A DNA stretch of 64,000 nucleotides from a candidate division FCPU426 bacterium (GTDB taxonomy: Bacteria; Oederibacteriota; Muellerivitia; Muellerivitales; Muellerivitaceae): the NCBI GenBank assembly GCA_963796105.1, contig CAWCKJ010000007.1, positions 96,001 through 160,000 on the forward strand, written 5' to 3'. The position numbers were made by a program, and so were the translations under genes. Positions 50,380 to 62,364 of this stretch are shown here, piece by piece. Under the pieces are notes generated by a model. It saw only the letters and a program-made list of their open reading frames with translations. It did not search any database and was not told the DNA's origin. How positions within the stretch are numbered: the stretch's first letter is position 1; the number at the start of each line of letters is the position of its first letter.

Positions 50380-52743
50380 TTGTTCGAATCAAAAGTAACC
50401 ACAAAACTAAAAGAATTGACCGTTCTTTTGGCTCTTTTTTTTACTCCCTTGCTGTTTTTCACCTCATCCCACGATCAATTCGAGCTTCCTAAAATCACTT
50501 TTTTATCCGTCCTCTGCCTTCCCCTTTTGATTTTGAGCCTTTTGAGCAAAAAATACGTTCCACCCAAACCCGTGGTGATTGCGGTGCTCATATTTGTGTT
50601 CACGCAAATTCTTTCCTCAACCCCATGGATCAGCTTAAGCATGTCCACCAGCCTATTAGGTGAGTATGAGAATTTTTCCGGATTGACCACTTTGTTGGTT
50701 TACCTGGCTTGGTTCCTCGTTTTATTTCATTCCCCGAACAGCTTAAAAACCGGTAAATATTTTCTATTCTCCATTTTATCCGCTTTCCTTTTATCCCTTT
50801 ACGCTCTGGGCCAGCATTACCAATTTGATTTCGTTCAATGGAACCCGGAAAGCATTAATTCATCGAGGGAATTCGGCTCATTAGGCAACCCGAATTTCCT
50901 GGCCGCCTACTTGAGCATGTGCATTCCCCTCGTCTTGGGTTTCTCCATGAAACGCGCATTTTCCCCAGGGACGGCCCAAACTTCCTCCCCTTTACTATCC
51001 CTTTTTTTGATGTCGGCCGGCTTGTGTTTCCTGATTTTAGGCACCTTCCGGATGAGCCAATCCTTCCACATTTCGGATTGGAAATGGTCCCTGCTTATGT
51101 CTCTCTCCCTGGGTTTATTCATGTTTTCGTCCGGCTTTTTACTCCTGATACATTCAAATAATTTGATCTTTTCATTTCTCTCCTTGTTCATTCTGGGATT
51201 TGGGCTCTTCAGCACAGGAAGCCGCGGTGGTTTTTTAGCAACTTTTATGGGAATAATGGTTTATATCTTTTTCATAGTCCGGAAAGAAAATTCTTTTCAC
51301 GAATTTAACGAGAAATTAAAAGCCATCCCGAAAATAAGGATAGCCGGTTGGCTATCGGCGGCTTGTCTGGTGGCGGTTTTTCTGTTAAATTTCGGTTCTC
51401 CATTTTTGATGCGTTTGAAAACCTCGATTTTCCATATTGGGGAGAGCCTCGCGACCTCCCGTCTTCATATTTGGATTCCCGCCCTAAGAATGATTCACTC
51501 CCATCCCCTGCTGGGAGTGGGCCTCGACGCCTTTAAAATCGCTTTCCCTTATTACAGCGGCATCGAGTTCAACCAAATAGACGGACAGTTCGTCAGTTCG
51601 CGCACCGCTCACAATGAAATCCTTCAAGTCGCGTCCACGTCAGGTCTTTTGGGCATGGCCATTTATCTTTGCGTCATTTATTTCTTCACGGCCTCATGGT
51701 TGAAGGCTTACAGGAAATCTATTCCAACTGGGAAATTTTTTCTCATCGGAATTCTCTCTTCCGTAGTCGCTTACCACACCCAGAACCTGTTTAGTTTCGA
51801 TGTTGTTTCACTTTGCGTCCTTTGGTACGCCAGCATGGCCCTGATCGCGAATGGGAATATGGATTCTCCACAACTTCCCGGCCCCCCAAGCGTTCAAAAA
51901 GGGGGGCACAAACCGTGGAACGTTTTAATGGCCCTTCTATTTTCAATCCTCGTTATCTACGCTCTTTTCTTTCCCCTGCAAAGACTGGGCGCGGACATCG
52001 CGTTCGCGAAAGCAAGCGCTTATTCCGACTACTTGAAAAAACCGGATCCCGAGTCGGCGCCGTCCGCTCTCCAATATTATTCAGGCTTGCAAATTTCATA
52101 TATGAGAAGGGCCGTCGCATTAAACCCATTGGAAGTTAAATATCACCTTTACTTGGGTTTGGCCTATGAGCAAAACTCAGCCATCGAGGGTTCCCATACG
52201 AAGGAATCGCTTTTAACGGCCCTGGATTCATATCAAAATGCCGTCAATTTGAGCCCCTTTAACGCTTATTACTACAATGACCAGGGCCGTGTTTTTAAAA
52301 CCCTCGGACGCCGGGATCGGAATTACCTCAAGAGCGGGGAGGCCGCGTACCGAAAAGCCGTTCAATGGGCGCCCTCCAGCCCCTACTTTCTCGTGAACCA
52401 CGCCCATTCCCTGGCGGACATAGGGGACTCATCCGCCTGCAAAGCTGAGCTGGAGAAGGCGTTTCAATTGGATCCGTCCTTCACCTCGGGAATATTGTCC
52501 CAAGTCGGCCTGGAGGAATTTCGGACGGGTCAAAAGGAAATAGCTTTCGGCGATTTAAATGAGGCGATCCAGGGTAATCCTTCAAACGCGGAGGCTTACT
52601 ATTACCGGGGCCTTCTCTATCTGGTTGAGAAAAAGAAATCCAAGGCGTTAAAGGACTTTTTAACGGCGAAAAAACTGATGCCCAATCCCCCTCCCGGTTC
52701 CCGGATAAAGTCCCTGGATGACTTGATCCAACAATCCAAATAA
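50380..52743 (+). CDS. O-antigen ligase-family protein with C-terminal TPR repeats
   Basis: LGNPNFLA, TGSRGG, R..IW, P.LGVG, AHNE; TPR-like helices. Confidence 0.88.
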   Translation: MFESKVTTKLKELTVLLALFFTPLLFFTSSHDQFELPKITFLSVLCLPLLILSLLSKKYVPPKPVVIAVLIFVFTQILSSTPWISLSMSTSLLGEYENFSGLTTLLVYLAWFLVLFHSPNSLKTGKYFLFSILSAFLLSLYALGQHYQFDFVQWNPESINSSREFGSLGNPNFLAAYLSMCIPLVLGFSMKRAFSPGTAQTSSPLLSLFLMSAGLCFLILGTFRMSQSFHISDWKWSLLMSLSLGLFMFSSGFLLLIHSNNLIFSFLSLFILGFGLFSTGSRGGFLATFMGIMVYIFFIVRKENSFHEFNEKLKAIPKIRIAGWLSAACLVAVFLLNFGSPFLMRLKTSIFHIGESLATSRLHIWIPALRMIHSHPLLGVGLDAFKIAFPYYSGIEFNQIDGQFVSSRTAHNEILQVASTSGLLGMAIYLCVIYFFTASWLKAYRKSIPTGKFFLIGILSSVVAYHTQNLFSFDVVSLCVLWYASMALIANGNMDSPQLPGPPSVQKGGHKPWNVLMALLFSILVIYALFFPLQRLGADIAFAKASAYSDYLKKPDPESAPSALQYYSGLQISYMRRAVALNPLEVKYHLYLGLAYEQNSAIEGSHTKESLLTALDSYQNAVNLSPFNAYYYNDQGRVFKTLGRRDRNYLKSGEAAYRKAVQWAPSSPYFLVNHAHSLADIGDSSACKAELEKAFQLDPSFTSGILSQVGLEEFRTGQKEIAFGDLNEAIQGNPSNAEAYYYRGLLYLVEKKKSKALKDFLTAKKLMPNPPPGSRIKSLDDLIQQSK

Positions 52744-52753
52744 CGAATTGATT

Positions 52754-55700
52754 TTAAAGCTCGATTTGGATCTGGTCTTCTCCCAAAAGATCGTAAACGG
52801 CTTTTAAAAATCCTTTGGAGGGTTTGACCTTCAATTCAGGGCCCGCCTCCACCACCACCAAACCGTGATGCGCCGTCTCCATTTGGAAATAAACGAGGGC
52901 CTGCCCCGGGAAATTCTCGCAGACATTTTTCACCTTCGGCAGGAGCGCGTCGTCCCAACCCACGACATTCATGTCCAGCCTTACGCCTTTCGCCCATTTA
53001 GCGGCGATCTCGTTTAAATCGATCACTTCGTTGGCGATCACCTGCAGGCGGTTCCCCGATTTATCCAGCCTTCCCCGGATGGCCACCAGCCGTTCCTTTT
53101 CCAGGATCCCCAGGTGATTCCTGAAAGTTTCCGGCCAGGCGATAACTTCCACGTGGGTATGGAGGTCCTCCAGGACGAACCGGGCGAAAGTTTCCTTGGT
53201 ACGCTTGGAGACGGTCTTGGATAAACTGCGGATCAATCCCGCCACCCGGATTTCCGCGCCATCCGGCAGTTCCTCCAGCTCATGCAGGGGCGTCACGTAA
53301 TGCTCCAATTCCCATTCATGCTCCGAAAGGGGATGTCCCGAGATATAAAAGCCCAAGACCTCCTTTTCTCCGGTCAAGACCTGCGCGGGGGACCATTCCG
53401 GAACCTGCGGAAGTTCCTTCTCCCTCTCATCGCCGCTCATCCCAAATAAGGAGGTCTGTCCCGCCTGGAAATCGGCCTGCATCGTTTGGGCCTGCTTGAG
53501 GATGGAATCCAGGGATTGCTTCATGGCGGAGCGGTTGGATCCCGTGAAATCGAAGGCTCCCGACAGGATGAGGGATTCGAACATTTTGGCCGTGAAGGAC
53601 CTCAAATCGACGCGCTTGCAGAAATCGCCAAGAGACTGGAAATTCCCCCCCTTATTCCTGGCTTCCAGGATCGATTGGATGGCCGGGGCCCCGAGGTTTT
53701 TGATGGCTAAAAGGGAAAAACGGATCTGCCCCTCGGAAGTCACCCAAAAAACCTCCCCGCTTTGATTGACGTCCGGCGGGAGGATTTTCAAATTCATCCT
53801 TTTGCACTCGAAAGCGTACTGGGAGATCTTGTCCCGGTTGCCCGCTTCGCTCGTGAGAAGCGAGGCCATGAACTCGGGCGTAAAATGGGTTTTCAAGTAG
53901 GCCGTTTGGTACGCCACCAGGGCATAGGCCGCGCTGTGGGACTTGTTGAAGCCGTAGCCCGCGAATTTCGAAATCTGGTTGAATATGGCGGATGACGCTT
54001 TCGCGTCAATCCCGCGCTGGGCGGCCCCCTCCAGGAACCGGCTCCGCATTTTTTCCATTTGCTCCAGGTTCTTGCTTCCCATGGCCCTTCTCAGAAGATC
54101 CGCCTGTCCCAGGGTGAAGCCCGCCAAATCCTTCGCGATGCGCATGACCTGTTCCTGGTACAAAATCACCCCGTAGGTGGTCCTCAAGATGGTCTCCAGT
54201 TGGGGGTGAAGATACCCGACTTTGATCTGCCCCTTTTTCCGGTGGATGAAATCGTCCACCATATCCGAGCCCAAGGGGCCGGGCCGGTAGAGGGCATTCA
54301 GGGCCGTGAGATCCTCCATATTTTCAGGCCCGAGTTTTCGAAGGTAATCCCTCATCCCCCTGGATTCCAACTGGAAAACACCCAGGGTCTTCGCCTCGCT
54401 TAAAAGTTTGTAGGTCTCAAGGTCCTCCATGGGAACGGCGGACAATTCGATTTGGATTCCTTTTGTTTTCCGAACCAACTGGAGGGTATCGTCAATAACG
54501 GTTAAGGTTCTCAAGCCTAAAATGTCCAGTTTGAGAAGTCCCACGTCCTTCAATACATTCATGTCATATTGGGTCAGGATCTCGCCGTCCGTTCCCTTGC
54601 AGAGGGGAATTTTCTCCAACAGCGGCTGGTTCCCGATAATGATTCCCGCCGCATGGGTGGAAATATGGCGCACCAATCCCTCCAGGGCCTTGGAAACATC
54701 TAAAAGTTTTCTAAACGGCCCTTCCTCCGTGGCCATCGCCTTGAACTCAGGGACCCGCTCTTCCACGTCCGCCAGTGTGATTTTGGGCTCAAAGGGAATC
54801 AGCTTGGCGATGCGGTCCACATCCTCCAGGGACACCTCTAAAACCCGTCCCACATCCCGGATGGAGGCCTTGGCCGCCAGGGTTCCGAAAGTGACGATGG
54901 AAGCCACGTGATCCTGGCCGTAGGTCTCAGCGATATATCGCAAAACCTCATCCCGCCTGCGGTCGCAGACATCCACGTCGATATCCGGGGCGCTGACACG
55001 CTCGGGATTGATGAACCTCTCGAACAACAAATCGAATCGGATGGGGTCCACCTCGGTGATCCCCAAAAGATAGGAAACCATGCTGCCAGCGGCGGATCCC
55101 CGCCCTGGTCCGACGGGAATCCCTTTTTTCCGCGCGGCGGAGATAAAATCCCAAACAACCAAAAAGTAGCCGCTGAACCCCGTCTTCCGGATGATGGATA
55201 GTTCCTCAAGCATCCGGCCCTTGATCTCAGGATCATAAGCCTTGGAGCCGTAACGCCTTTCCAGGTTTTCCTGGCAGAGTTTCTCCAGGAACTGGTCCTC
55301 ACTCGTGTCCTTAACCGGAACGGGGAATTTAGGCATTTGCGGTTTTTCCAGCTCGAACACGACATTGCACCTTTGCGCAAGCTCGACGGTGTTCTGGAGG
55401 GCCTCAGGCAATTCGGAGAAGAGTTTCGTCATTTCCTCCGCGGATTTCAGGTAATACTCCCCTGTCTCGAGACGGCCGTGGCGGGGATCGGATAATACCT
55501 CCCCCTTTCCCAGGCAAAGAAGCACCTCGTGATTCGGGGCGTCTTCCCGGCGCAGATAACGGACATCATTGGTGGCCAAGAGCGGTATTCCCGTCCGCTT
55601 GGCTATTTCCAAAAGCGGCTGCCGGACAGCCCTTTCCGCTGCTGTCCCATGATCCTGGATTTCCAGGAAATACTTGTCCTTTCCAAAAATATCCTGGAAT

Positions 55701-56188
55701 TGACCGGCGATTTTCAACGCGACCGGCATTTCCCCCTTCTCAAGAAACCGGTCCACCTCCCCTTTCGGACCCCCGGACAAGGCGATGAGGCCCTTGGAGT
55801 GCCTCGAGAGCAGGTCCTTGTCCACCCGCGGGTCTGGGGTTGAACCCCTTAAATACCCGGCGGATGAGATCTGCATCAGGTTGTTGTAACCTTCCTGGTT
55901 CTCCGCCAAAAGCACGATGGGATAAGCCGTTTCTGGACGGCCGGAAGCTTTCTCAAACCGCGAGCCATTGGTCAACAGCACTTCGCATCCCAGGATGGGT
56001 TTCAAGCCATGCGAATGGCAGCTTTGATAGAAAGGAATAGCCGCGAACAAGTTGGCCTTGTCCGTTAGGGCCACCCCCGGCATCTGGAGTTCTTTGAGGC
56101 GTACCATGAGGGATTCCAGCCGGACGGTGCTTTCCAGGAGGCTGAACTGGCTGTGGAGATGTAAATGGATGAAACGGGCATGGTTCAT
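52754..56188 (-). CDS. dnaE: DNA polymerase III alpha subunit
   Basis: PHP HLHLHS.FS, GRGSAAGS, PDIDVD, YGFNKSH. Confidence 0.97.
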   Translation of the reverse strand: MNHARFIHLHLHSQFSLLESTVRLESLMVRLKELQMPGVALTDKANLFAAIPFYQSCHSHGLKPILGCEVLLTNGSRFEKASGRPETAYPIVLLAENQEGYNNLMQISSAGYLRGSTPDPRVDKDLLSRHSKGLIALSGGPKGEVDRFLEKGEMPVALKIAGQFQDIFGKDKYFLEIQDHGTAAERAVRQPLLEIAKRTGIPLLATNDVRYLRREDAPNHEVLLCLGKGEVLSDPRHGRLETGEYYLKSAEEMTKLFSELPEALQNTVELAQRCNVVFELEKPQMPKFPVPVKDTSEDQFLEKLCQENLERRYGSKAYDPEIKGRMLEELSIIRKTGFSGYFLVVWDFISAARKKGIPVGPGRGSAAGSMVSYLLGITEVDPIRFDLLFERFINPERVSAPDIDVDVCDRRRDEVLRYIAETYGQDHVASIVTFGTLAAKASIRDVGRVLEVSLEDVDRIAKLIPFEPKITLADVEERVPEFKAMATEEGPFRKLLDVSKALEGLVRHISTHAAGIIIGNQPLLEKIPLCKGTDGEILTQYDMNVLKDVGLLKLDILGLRTLTVIDDTLQLVRKTKGIQIELSAVPMEDLETYKLLSEAKTLGVFQLESRGMRDYLRKLGPENMEDLTALNALYRPGPLGSDMVDDFIHRKKGQIKVGYLHPQLETILRTTYGVILYQEQVMRIAKDLAGFTLGQADLLRRAMGSKNLEQMEKMRSRFLEGAAQRGIDAKASSAIFNQISKFAGYGFNKSHSAAYALVAYQTAYLKTHFTPEFMASLLTSEAGNRDKISQYAFECKRMNLKILPPDVNQSGEVFWVTSEGQIRFSLLAIKNLGAPAIQSILEARNKGGNFQSLGDFCKRVDLRSFTAKMFESLILSGAFDFTGSNRSAMKQSLDSILKQAQTMQADFQAGQTSLFGMSGDEREKELPQVPEWSPAQVLTGEKEVLGFYISGHPLSEHEWELEHYVTPLHELEELPDGAEIRVAGLIRSLSKTVSKRTKETFARFVLEDLHTHVEVIAWPETFRNHLGILEKERLVAIRGRLDKSGNRLQVIANEVIDLNEIAAKWAKGVRLDMNVVGWDDALLPKVKNVCENFPGQALVYFQMETAHHGLVVVEAGPELKVKPSKGFLKAVYDLLGEDQIQIEL

Positions 56189-56432
56189 GGCGGCATTATA
56201 TCGGAAAATAATTCTTTGTTTTAGAAAGGCGGAGGAAAAGTTTAATTTGCCCCGGGGTTTATAGGCCTAAGAGAGTTTCGAGAGGAGTCATTCCCTTAAG
56301 GGAATTAGAAAACCAGTCTTATTCCCATTTGATGGTGGCAGGAGGTTTGCTTGATATGTACTGATTTATTTATGAGTTTTCAGGGTAACCAGCGCTATAT
56401 CAAGCTCCCTTTTCTTAAATCGAATGGTCGCT

Positions 56433-57983
56433 TCACTCCCATTCGATAGTGGCTGGGGGTTTGCTTGATATGTCGTAAACGACCCGGTTGATGCCCCTCA
56501 CCTCATTGATAATCCTGTTGGAGATAAGGCCCAAAACCTCATAAGGAAGCTTGACCCAGTCGGCCGTCATTCCATCGGTGGAATGAACCGCCCGAATCAC
56601 GCAGACGTGCTCGTAGGTTCTCTCATCCCCCATAACCCCCACCGTTTTTAATGGAGTCAACACCGCGAAAGACTGCCAGATGGAATAATAAAGCCCCGCC
56701 TTCCGGATTTCCTCCGCGACAATGGCGTCGGCCTTGCGCAGCATGTCCAGCCTCGGACGGTCCACGGCGCCGATCAGCCTCACCGCCAAACCGGGACCGG
56801 GGAAAGGCTGCCGGTAAAGCATCTCGCGGGGAATGCCGAGCCTCAAACCCAATTCCCGGACCTCATCCTTGAATAGTTCCCTCAAGGGTTCCACGAGCTT
56901 GAACTTCATGTCCTTGGGAAGCCCCCCCACGTTATGGTGGCTTTTGATCGTGGCTGAGGGTCCCTTCACCGAAACGCTCTCGATGACATCCGGATAAAGG
57001 GTTCCCTGGGCCAGGTACTCAAAAGGGCCCTGCTTTTTTTGGAGATTCTTGGCCTCCCGCTCGAAAACCCGGATGAAGGTCCGCCCTATGATTTTCCGCT
57101 TTTTTTCAGGCTCCTCCACCCCCTTGAGCGGGGTCAGGAACTCTTTTTCCGCGTCGCTGTAGTGAAGGGGAATCCTTAACTTCCCCCGGAAGGTGGATCG
57201 CACCTGCTCCGCCTCCTGGTGGCGCAAGACTCCGTTGTTCACGAAAACACAGTTCAATTGCCTGCCGACGGCGCGGTGAACCAGGACCGCCGCAACGGTG
57301 GAGTCCACGCCGCCGGAGACCCCGCAAAGCACGCGACCTTTTCCCACCTGCGCGCGGATCTTGAGCACGGCCTCCTTCGCGAAGGATTTCATGTTCCAGG
57401 TCGGCCTGCAGCGGCAGATCTTGCGGGCGAAATTCTCCAGGACTTTTTTCCCCTTTTCGGTATGCACGACCTCGGGATGGAATTGGACGCCGTAAATATT
57501 CCTTTTTTCGTTTATCACCGCGGCAAAAGGGCAGTTGGCGGTGGAGGCCAGGGTCCTGAACCCGGTGGGAAGCGCCGTCACATGGTCCCCGTGGCTCATC
57601 CAGACCTTGGCGTGTTTGGGAAGTCCCGCCAGAAGCCCCTTCTGGTTCCTGATCTTGAGCTCCGCCAGTCCGAATTCCCTTTTTCCGGCGTTGCGGACCT
57701 TCCCTCCCAATAAAAACGAGGCGAGTTGGAGGCCGTAGCAGATGCCGAGGATCGGGATGGGAAGATCGAAGAGGGCTTTATCCACATGGGGCGCCCCTGG
57801 GGCGTAAACGCTGGCCGGGCCTCCTGAAAGAATGAGGCCCTTGGGTTTTTTTTCCATTATTTTTTCGATGGGCGTGGAGAAAGGCAGGATCTCGCAATAG
57901 ACCTTGCATTCGCGGACCCGGCGCGCGATCAACTGGCTGTACTGGGCTCCGAAATCCAAAACAAGAATGGTGTCATGCTTCAA
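56433..57983 (-). CDS. guaA: GMP synthase
   Basis: [36 protein letters not shown]. Confidence 0.97.
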   Translation of the reverse strand: MKHDTILVLDFGAQYSQLIARRVRECKVYCEILPFSTPIEKIMEKKPKGLILSGGPASVYAPGAPHVDKALFDLPIPILGICYGLQLASFLLGGKVRNAGKREFGLAELKIRNQKGLLAGLPKHAKVWMSHGDHVTALPTGFRTLASTANCPFAAVINEKRNIYGVQFHPEVVHTEKGKKVLENFARKICRCRPTWNMKSFAKEAVLKIRAQVGKGRVLCGVSGGVDSTVAAVLVHRAVGRQLNCVFVNNGVLRHQEAEQVRSTFRGKLRIPLHYSDAEKEFLTPLKGVEEPEKKRKIIGRTFIRVFEREAKNLQKKQGPFEYLAQGTLYPDVIESVSVKGPSATIKSHHNVGGLPKDMKFKLVEPLRELFKDEVRELGLRLGIPREMLYRQPFPGPGLAVRLIGAVDRPRLDMLRKADAIVAEEIRKAGLYYSIWQSFAVLTPLKTVGVMGDERTYEHVCVIRAVHSTDGMTADWVKLPYEVLGLISNRIINEVRGINRVVYDISSKPPATIEWE

Positions 57984-58158
57984 AGGGGACTCCCGAAAAA
58001 GGATGAGTTATTAAATATCCGCTCAAAAATTCAGGTTGAGGTGCAGCTCGGCTTAAATCTTTTTCCCGAGTCAGGTGATTCAGGAATGGATTAGCCCGCC
58101 GGAATGAGAATACTGATTCCGCGGCCAGCAATCGGTTTATCCCTTTAACCGGGAAAAC

Positions 58159-58449
58159 TCACTCGAAATTTCCGTAAAACGCCTTGATGACATGGGGCCG
58201 GAGCACGAAATCGATCGTCCCGCCTTCTTTCAACCGTTCCACGGACTTCTGGTCGGCCGCCTGGAAATTCTCCAAGGTGTCGTACTCGCAAAGAACCATG
58301 AAAGTATCCACGTTATTGAGGGCTTTCCTCACATAGGCCTTGATGCAGCCCTTCGAGGATTTCTCGCCAGTGACATACTTATTCAATATTTCAAGAACTT
58401 GATTGTCATGTCCTTTCCGGATGGTGACGACGGCGAGTGAGACGATCAT
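58159..58449 (-). CDS. Small ABM-like (dimeric alpha-beta barrel) protein
   Basis: 96 aa with AGGAG RBS, between guaB and guaA; fold call is tentative. Confidence 0.6.
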   Translation of the reverse strand: MIVSLAVVTIRKGHDNQVLEILNKYVTGEKSSKGCIKAYVRKALNNVDTFMVLCEYDTLENFQAADQKSVERLKEGGTIDFVLRPHVIKAFYGNFE

Positions 58450-58469
58450 ATCTGGCTCCTTTAACCTTT

Positions 58470-59966
<1,497 letters not shown>

Positions 59967-60064
59967 TTAATATAAACTCATAAAAAAAGCCTGTCAACCG
60001 GCCTTCTTTTGAAATAAACCAAATGGTTTCGATAAGGGAAATTAGGCAGGGACCCCGAAGGCGC

Positions 60065-61810
60065 TCAGTGCCAGAGGGCGAAATCGGCTTTGTAGGCGGG
60101 AATATCCTTCTTGACTAGGAACGTCCGCAAGTGATCCGAAAGGGCCGCCATGTACCTGTTTTCACTCATTATTTGGGTCTGCAAATCCCGGCCCTGTTTC
60201 ATCTTGTCCACGGCCGCCACATGCTTGACATAAAGCTGGTCCGGGGAGTCACCCGGGTAAAACCCGCTGATATGCTCATCCGTTTCCTGGGCGGTTCCAT
60301 CCCAGCCGTTGGTGGAGAGCCAGGTCCCGTTGGTGAATACCGTCACGAAGGAAAGGTGGGGGGTGATTTGACCGGGGGTTTTCAGGATCTCCGCGTAAGT
60401 TCCGATATCCTCCTTCATGCTGACATCGAAAAAATTCGGGGAGGGCAGCTGGGGTATGGTCATTTGGAGGATGGAGGTAAACCCCATTTTTTGGATCTGG
60501 CCCTGGAGGTCGGAATAAGTGGTGACGTCCATTTCCCCGATCTGCCCCGCGTTGACCTGGACGATATGGATCGGCGGGATGGTATCCGCAAGGGCCACGG
60601 AAGGCCTGTGAATAAGGGTAATGATGCCTGTCAACAGGGCCGCGGAAACCGCCGCCAACAGGATCAGGAAAACATAGGTCGGGAGCTTCAATTTTTTGGC
60701 TGTCGGCTCGAAAATCTCATAGGAACGCCGGCCTAGAAACTTCAGCCAAATTTTTCCCAACAATAGGATTTTATGCTTTTTTTTGACCGGCGTGACGGGT
60801 ATGGGCGGAACGGGACCCGATGGAAATGGAAGATGGGACGGAACGGGAGAGGCGTTGGGTTCAGGGGCATGGGCTTCCGGGAACGGGGGCCGCAGGGGTT
60901 TCGGCTCCTGAATGAGCGTTTCCAAATCGTAAGGCAAGGGCTGTTTCTTGGCCGCCTCAGGGGCCTTCGCAACAGCATCCATCTGGGGCGCCGGCTGCTT
61001 GGGGACTGCTCCTAAGGAAGATAATCCCAAATCGGGCTTTAAAGGGGGTTCAACCGCGGGCTTTTTGGTTTCAATCGGCGGTTCGACCGGCTTGATGACC
61101 ATGGCCGGTGGTTCAACCGCTGGTTTCACGGATGGTTCCGGAGCTGGTTTCGCGGGGGCGGAAGGACCGCCGAAAAGCCCGAGCGGATCGTCCCCTAAAT
61201 CTTTGCCCTTGAAACTAAGCGGCGAGGAGCCGGTGGTGGCGGCAGGAGCGGGTGTGGGGGCCTTCATGACCGGCGCTGGATTGGCCTTGGACAGGGGGGC
61301 CAAGTTGGGAGAAGAAAAGTTGATCGGCGCCTGGGCAACGGGTTTGGAAGCGGTCGGCGGCATCACGGGACTGATTTTCGGCGCGGCGGGATTCAGGTTA
61401 ATAGGCGGTAAATGCACAGGAGCGGGAACGGCCGGTTTGGAAGGGGCCGGTGGGGCGCCGGGATTGGCCTTCGGCGGAAACGGATTCATGTCCAGGATCG
61501 GGGATGGGGGAAGGGTGGTCTGGATGATCTTGAGAGGGTCGCTCTTCGCGTCGAAGCCCCCCAAAGGCATCTTGGAAGCCTGCGTGCCCGGGGCGGTCAT
61601 GGGGGGATCTTTCTTCTCGACCGGATTGATCAAAGGCGGCGGGGCCTTGGGGACCGCCGGCATCGCGCCCGCTTTCTTTCCCTTGCAATTGACGCAAAGG
61701 GGCTGCCCTAACTCCAAATCCAGGCAATCCAGGCAAACGGGGTTATTGCATCTGGAACAAAAACCGACGGCGGTTCTGTCGAAATGATTGACGCAGTTGT
61801 TTTCCGGCAA
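60065..61810 (-). CDS. Hypothetical membrane-anchored protein: B-box-like Cys/His N-terminus, Pro-rich linker, one TM helix
   Basis: CVNH...CSRC...CLDC...CVNC; long Pro/Ala/Lys segment. Confidence 0.75.
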   Translation of the reverse strand: MPENNCVNHFDRTAVGFCSRCNNPVCLDCLDLELGQPLCVNCKGKKAGAMPAVPKAPPPLINPVEKKDPPMTAPGTQASKMPLGGFDAKSDPLKIIQTTLPPSPILDMNPFPPKANPGAPPAPSKPAVPAPVHLPPINLNPAAPKISPVMPPTASKPVAQAPINFSSPNLAPLSKANPAPVMKAPTPAPAATTGSSPLSFKGKDLGDDPLGLFGGPSAPAKPAPEPSVKPAVEPPAMVIKPVEPPIETKKPAVEPPLKPDLGLSSLGAVPKQPAPQMDAVAKAPEAAKKQPLPYDLETLIQEPKPLRPPFPEAHAPEPNASPVPSHLPFPSGPVPPIPVTPVKKKHKILLLGKIWLKFLGRRSYEIFEPTAKKLKLPTYVFLILLAAVSAALLTGIITLIHRPSVALADTIPPIHIVQVNAGQIGEMDVTTYSDLQGQIQKMGFTSILQMTIPQLPSPNFFDVSMKEDIGTYAEILKTPGQITPHLSFVTVFTNGTWLSTNGWDGTAQETDEHISGFYPGDSPDQLYVKHVAAVDKMKQGRDLQTQIMSENRYMAALSDHLRTFLVKKDIPAYKADFALWH

Positions 61811-61830
61811 GTGGATCAGCCTTTCCCAGC

Positions 61831-62217
61831 TTAAGTCTTTAAAGCGATCACATCCATCTCCACCCTGGCGCCTTTGGGCAGGGCCGAAACCTGTACCACC
61901 GACCTGGCGGGCGGGTCTTTCGCGAACCGCTCCGCTAAAATCTTGTTCAAGGATCCGAAATCAGCGAGATCCGTCAAATACACCGTAAGTTTCACGGCGC
62001 CTGAAAGCGAGGACCCAGAAGCCTTCAATACGGCCTCCAGGTTGTCCAAAACCCGGGTAGCGAGAATCTCAATGGACCCTTCTATCATACCGCCTGTAGA
62101 GGGTTCCAAGGGGATTTGCCCGGAACAAAATACGAAGTCCCCCGCCTCCACCGCCTGGGAATAGGGGCCGATGGGCTTCGGCGCGCTTTCCGAAAAAACT
62201 GTTTTCCTGTCCACCAT
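61831..62217 (-). CDS. RidA/YjgF-family imine deaminase
   Basis: GPYSQA, SGQIP, PPARS.VQV..LPKG..VE. Confidence 0.92.
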   Translation of the reverse strand: MVDRKTVFSESAPKPIGPYSQAVEAGDFVFCSGQIPLEPSTGGMIEGSIEILATRVLDNLEAVLKASGSSLSGAVKLTVYLTDLADFGSLNKILAERFAKDPPARSVVQVSALPKGARVEMDVIALKT

Positions 62218-62364
62218 TTTAAAAATCCCCCACATTTCTTGCAATGAAACCTTTGTTAAATTGAGCCCCGTTCCTGTTCCGAAACCGGTTTGCCTCGCTT
62301 GATTCCAATACACTGGATTCTTGGCAAAGACATTCCGCGCAAGGCTTCAACCACCCTCCCTTAT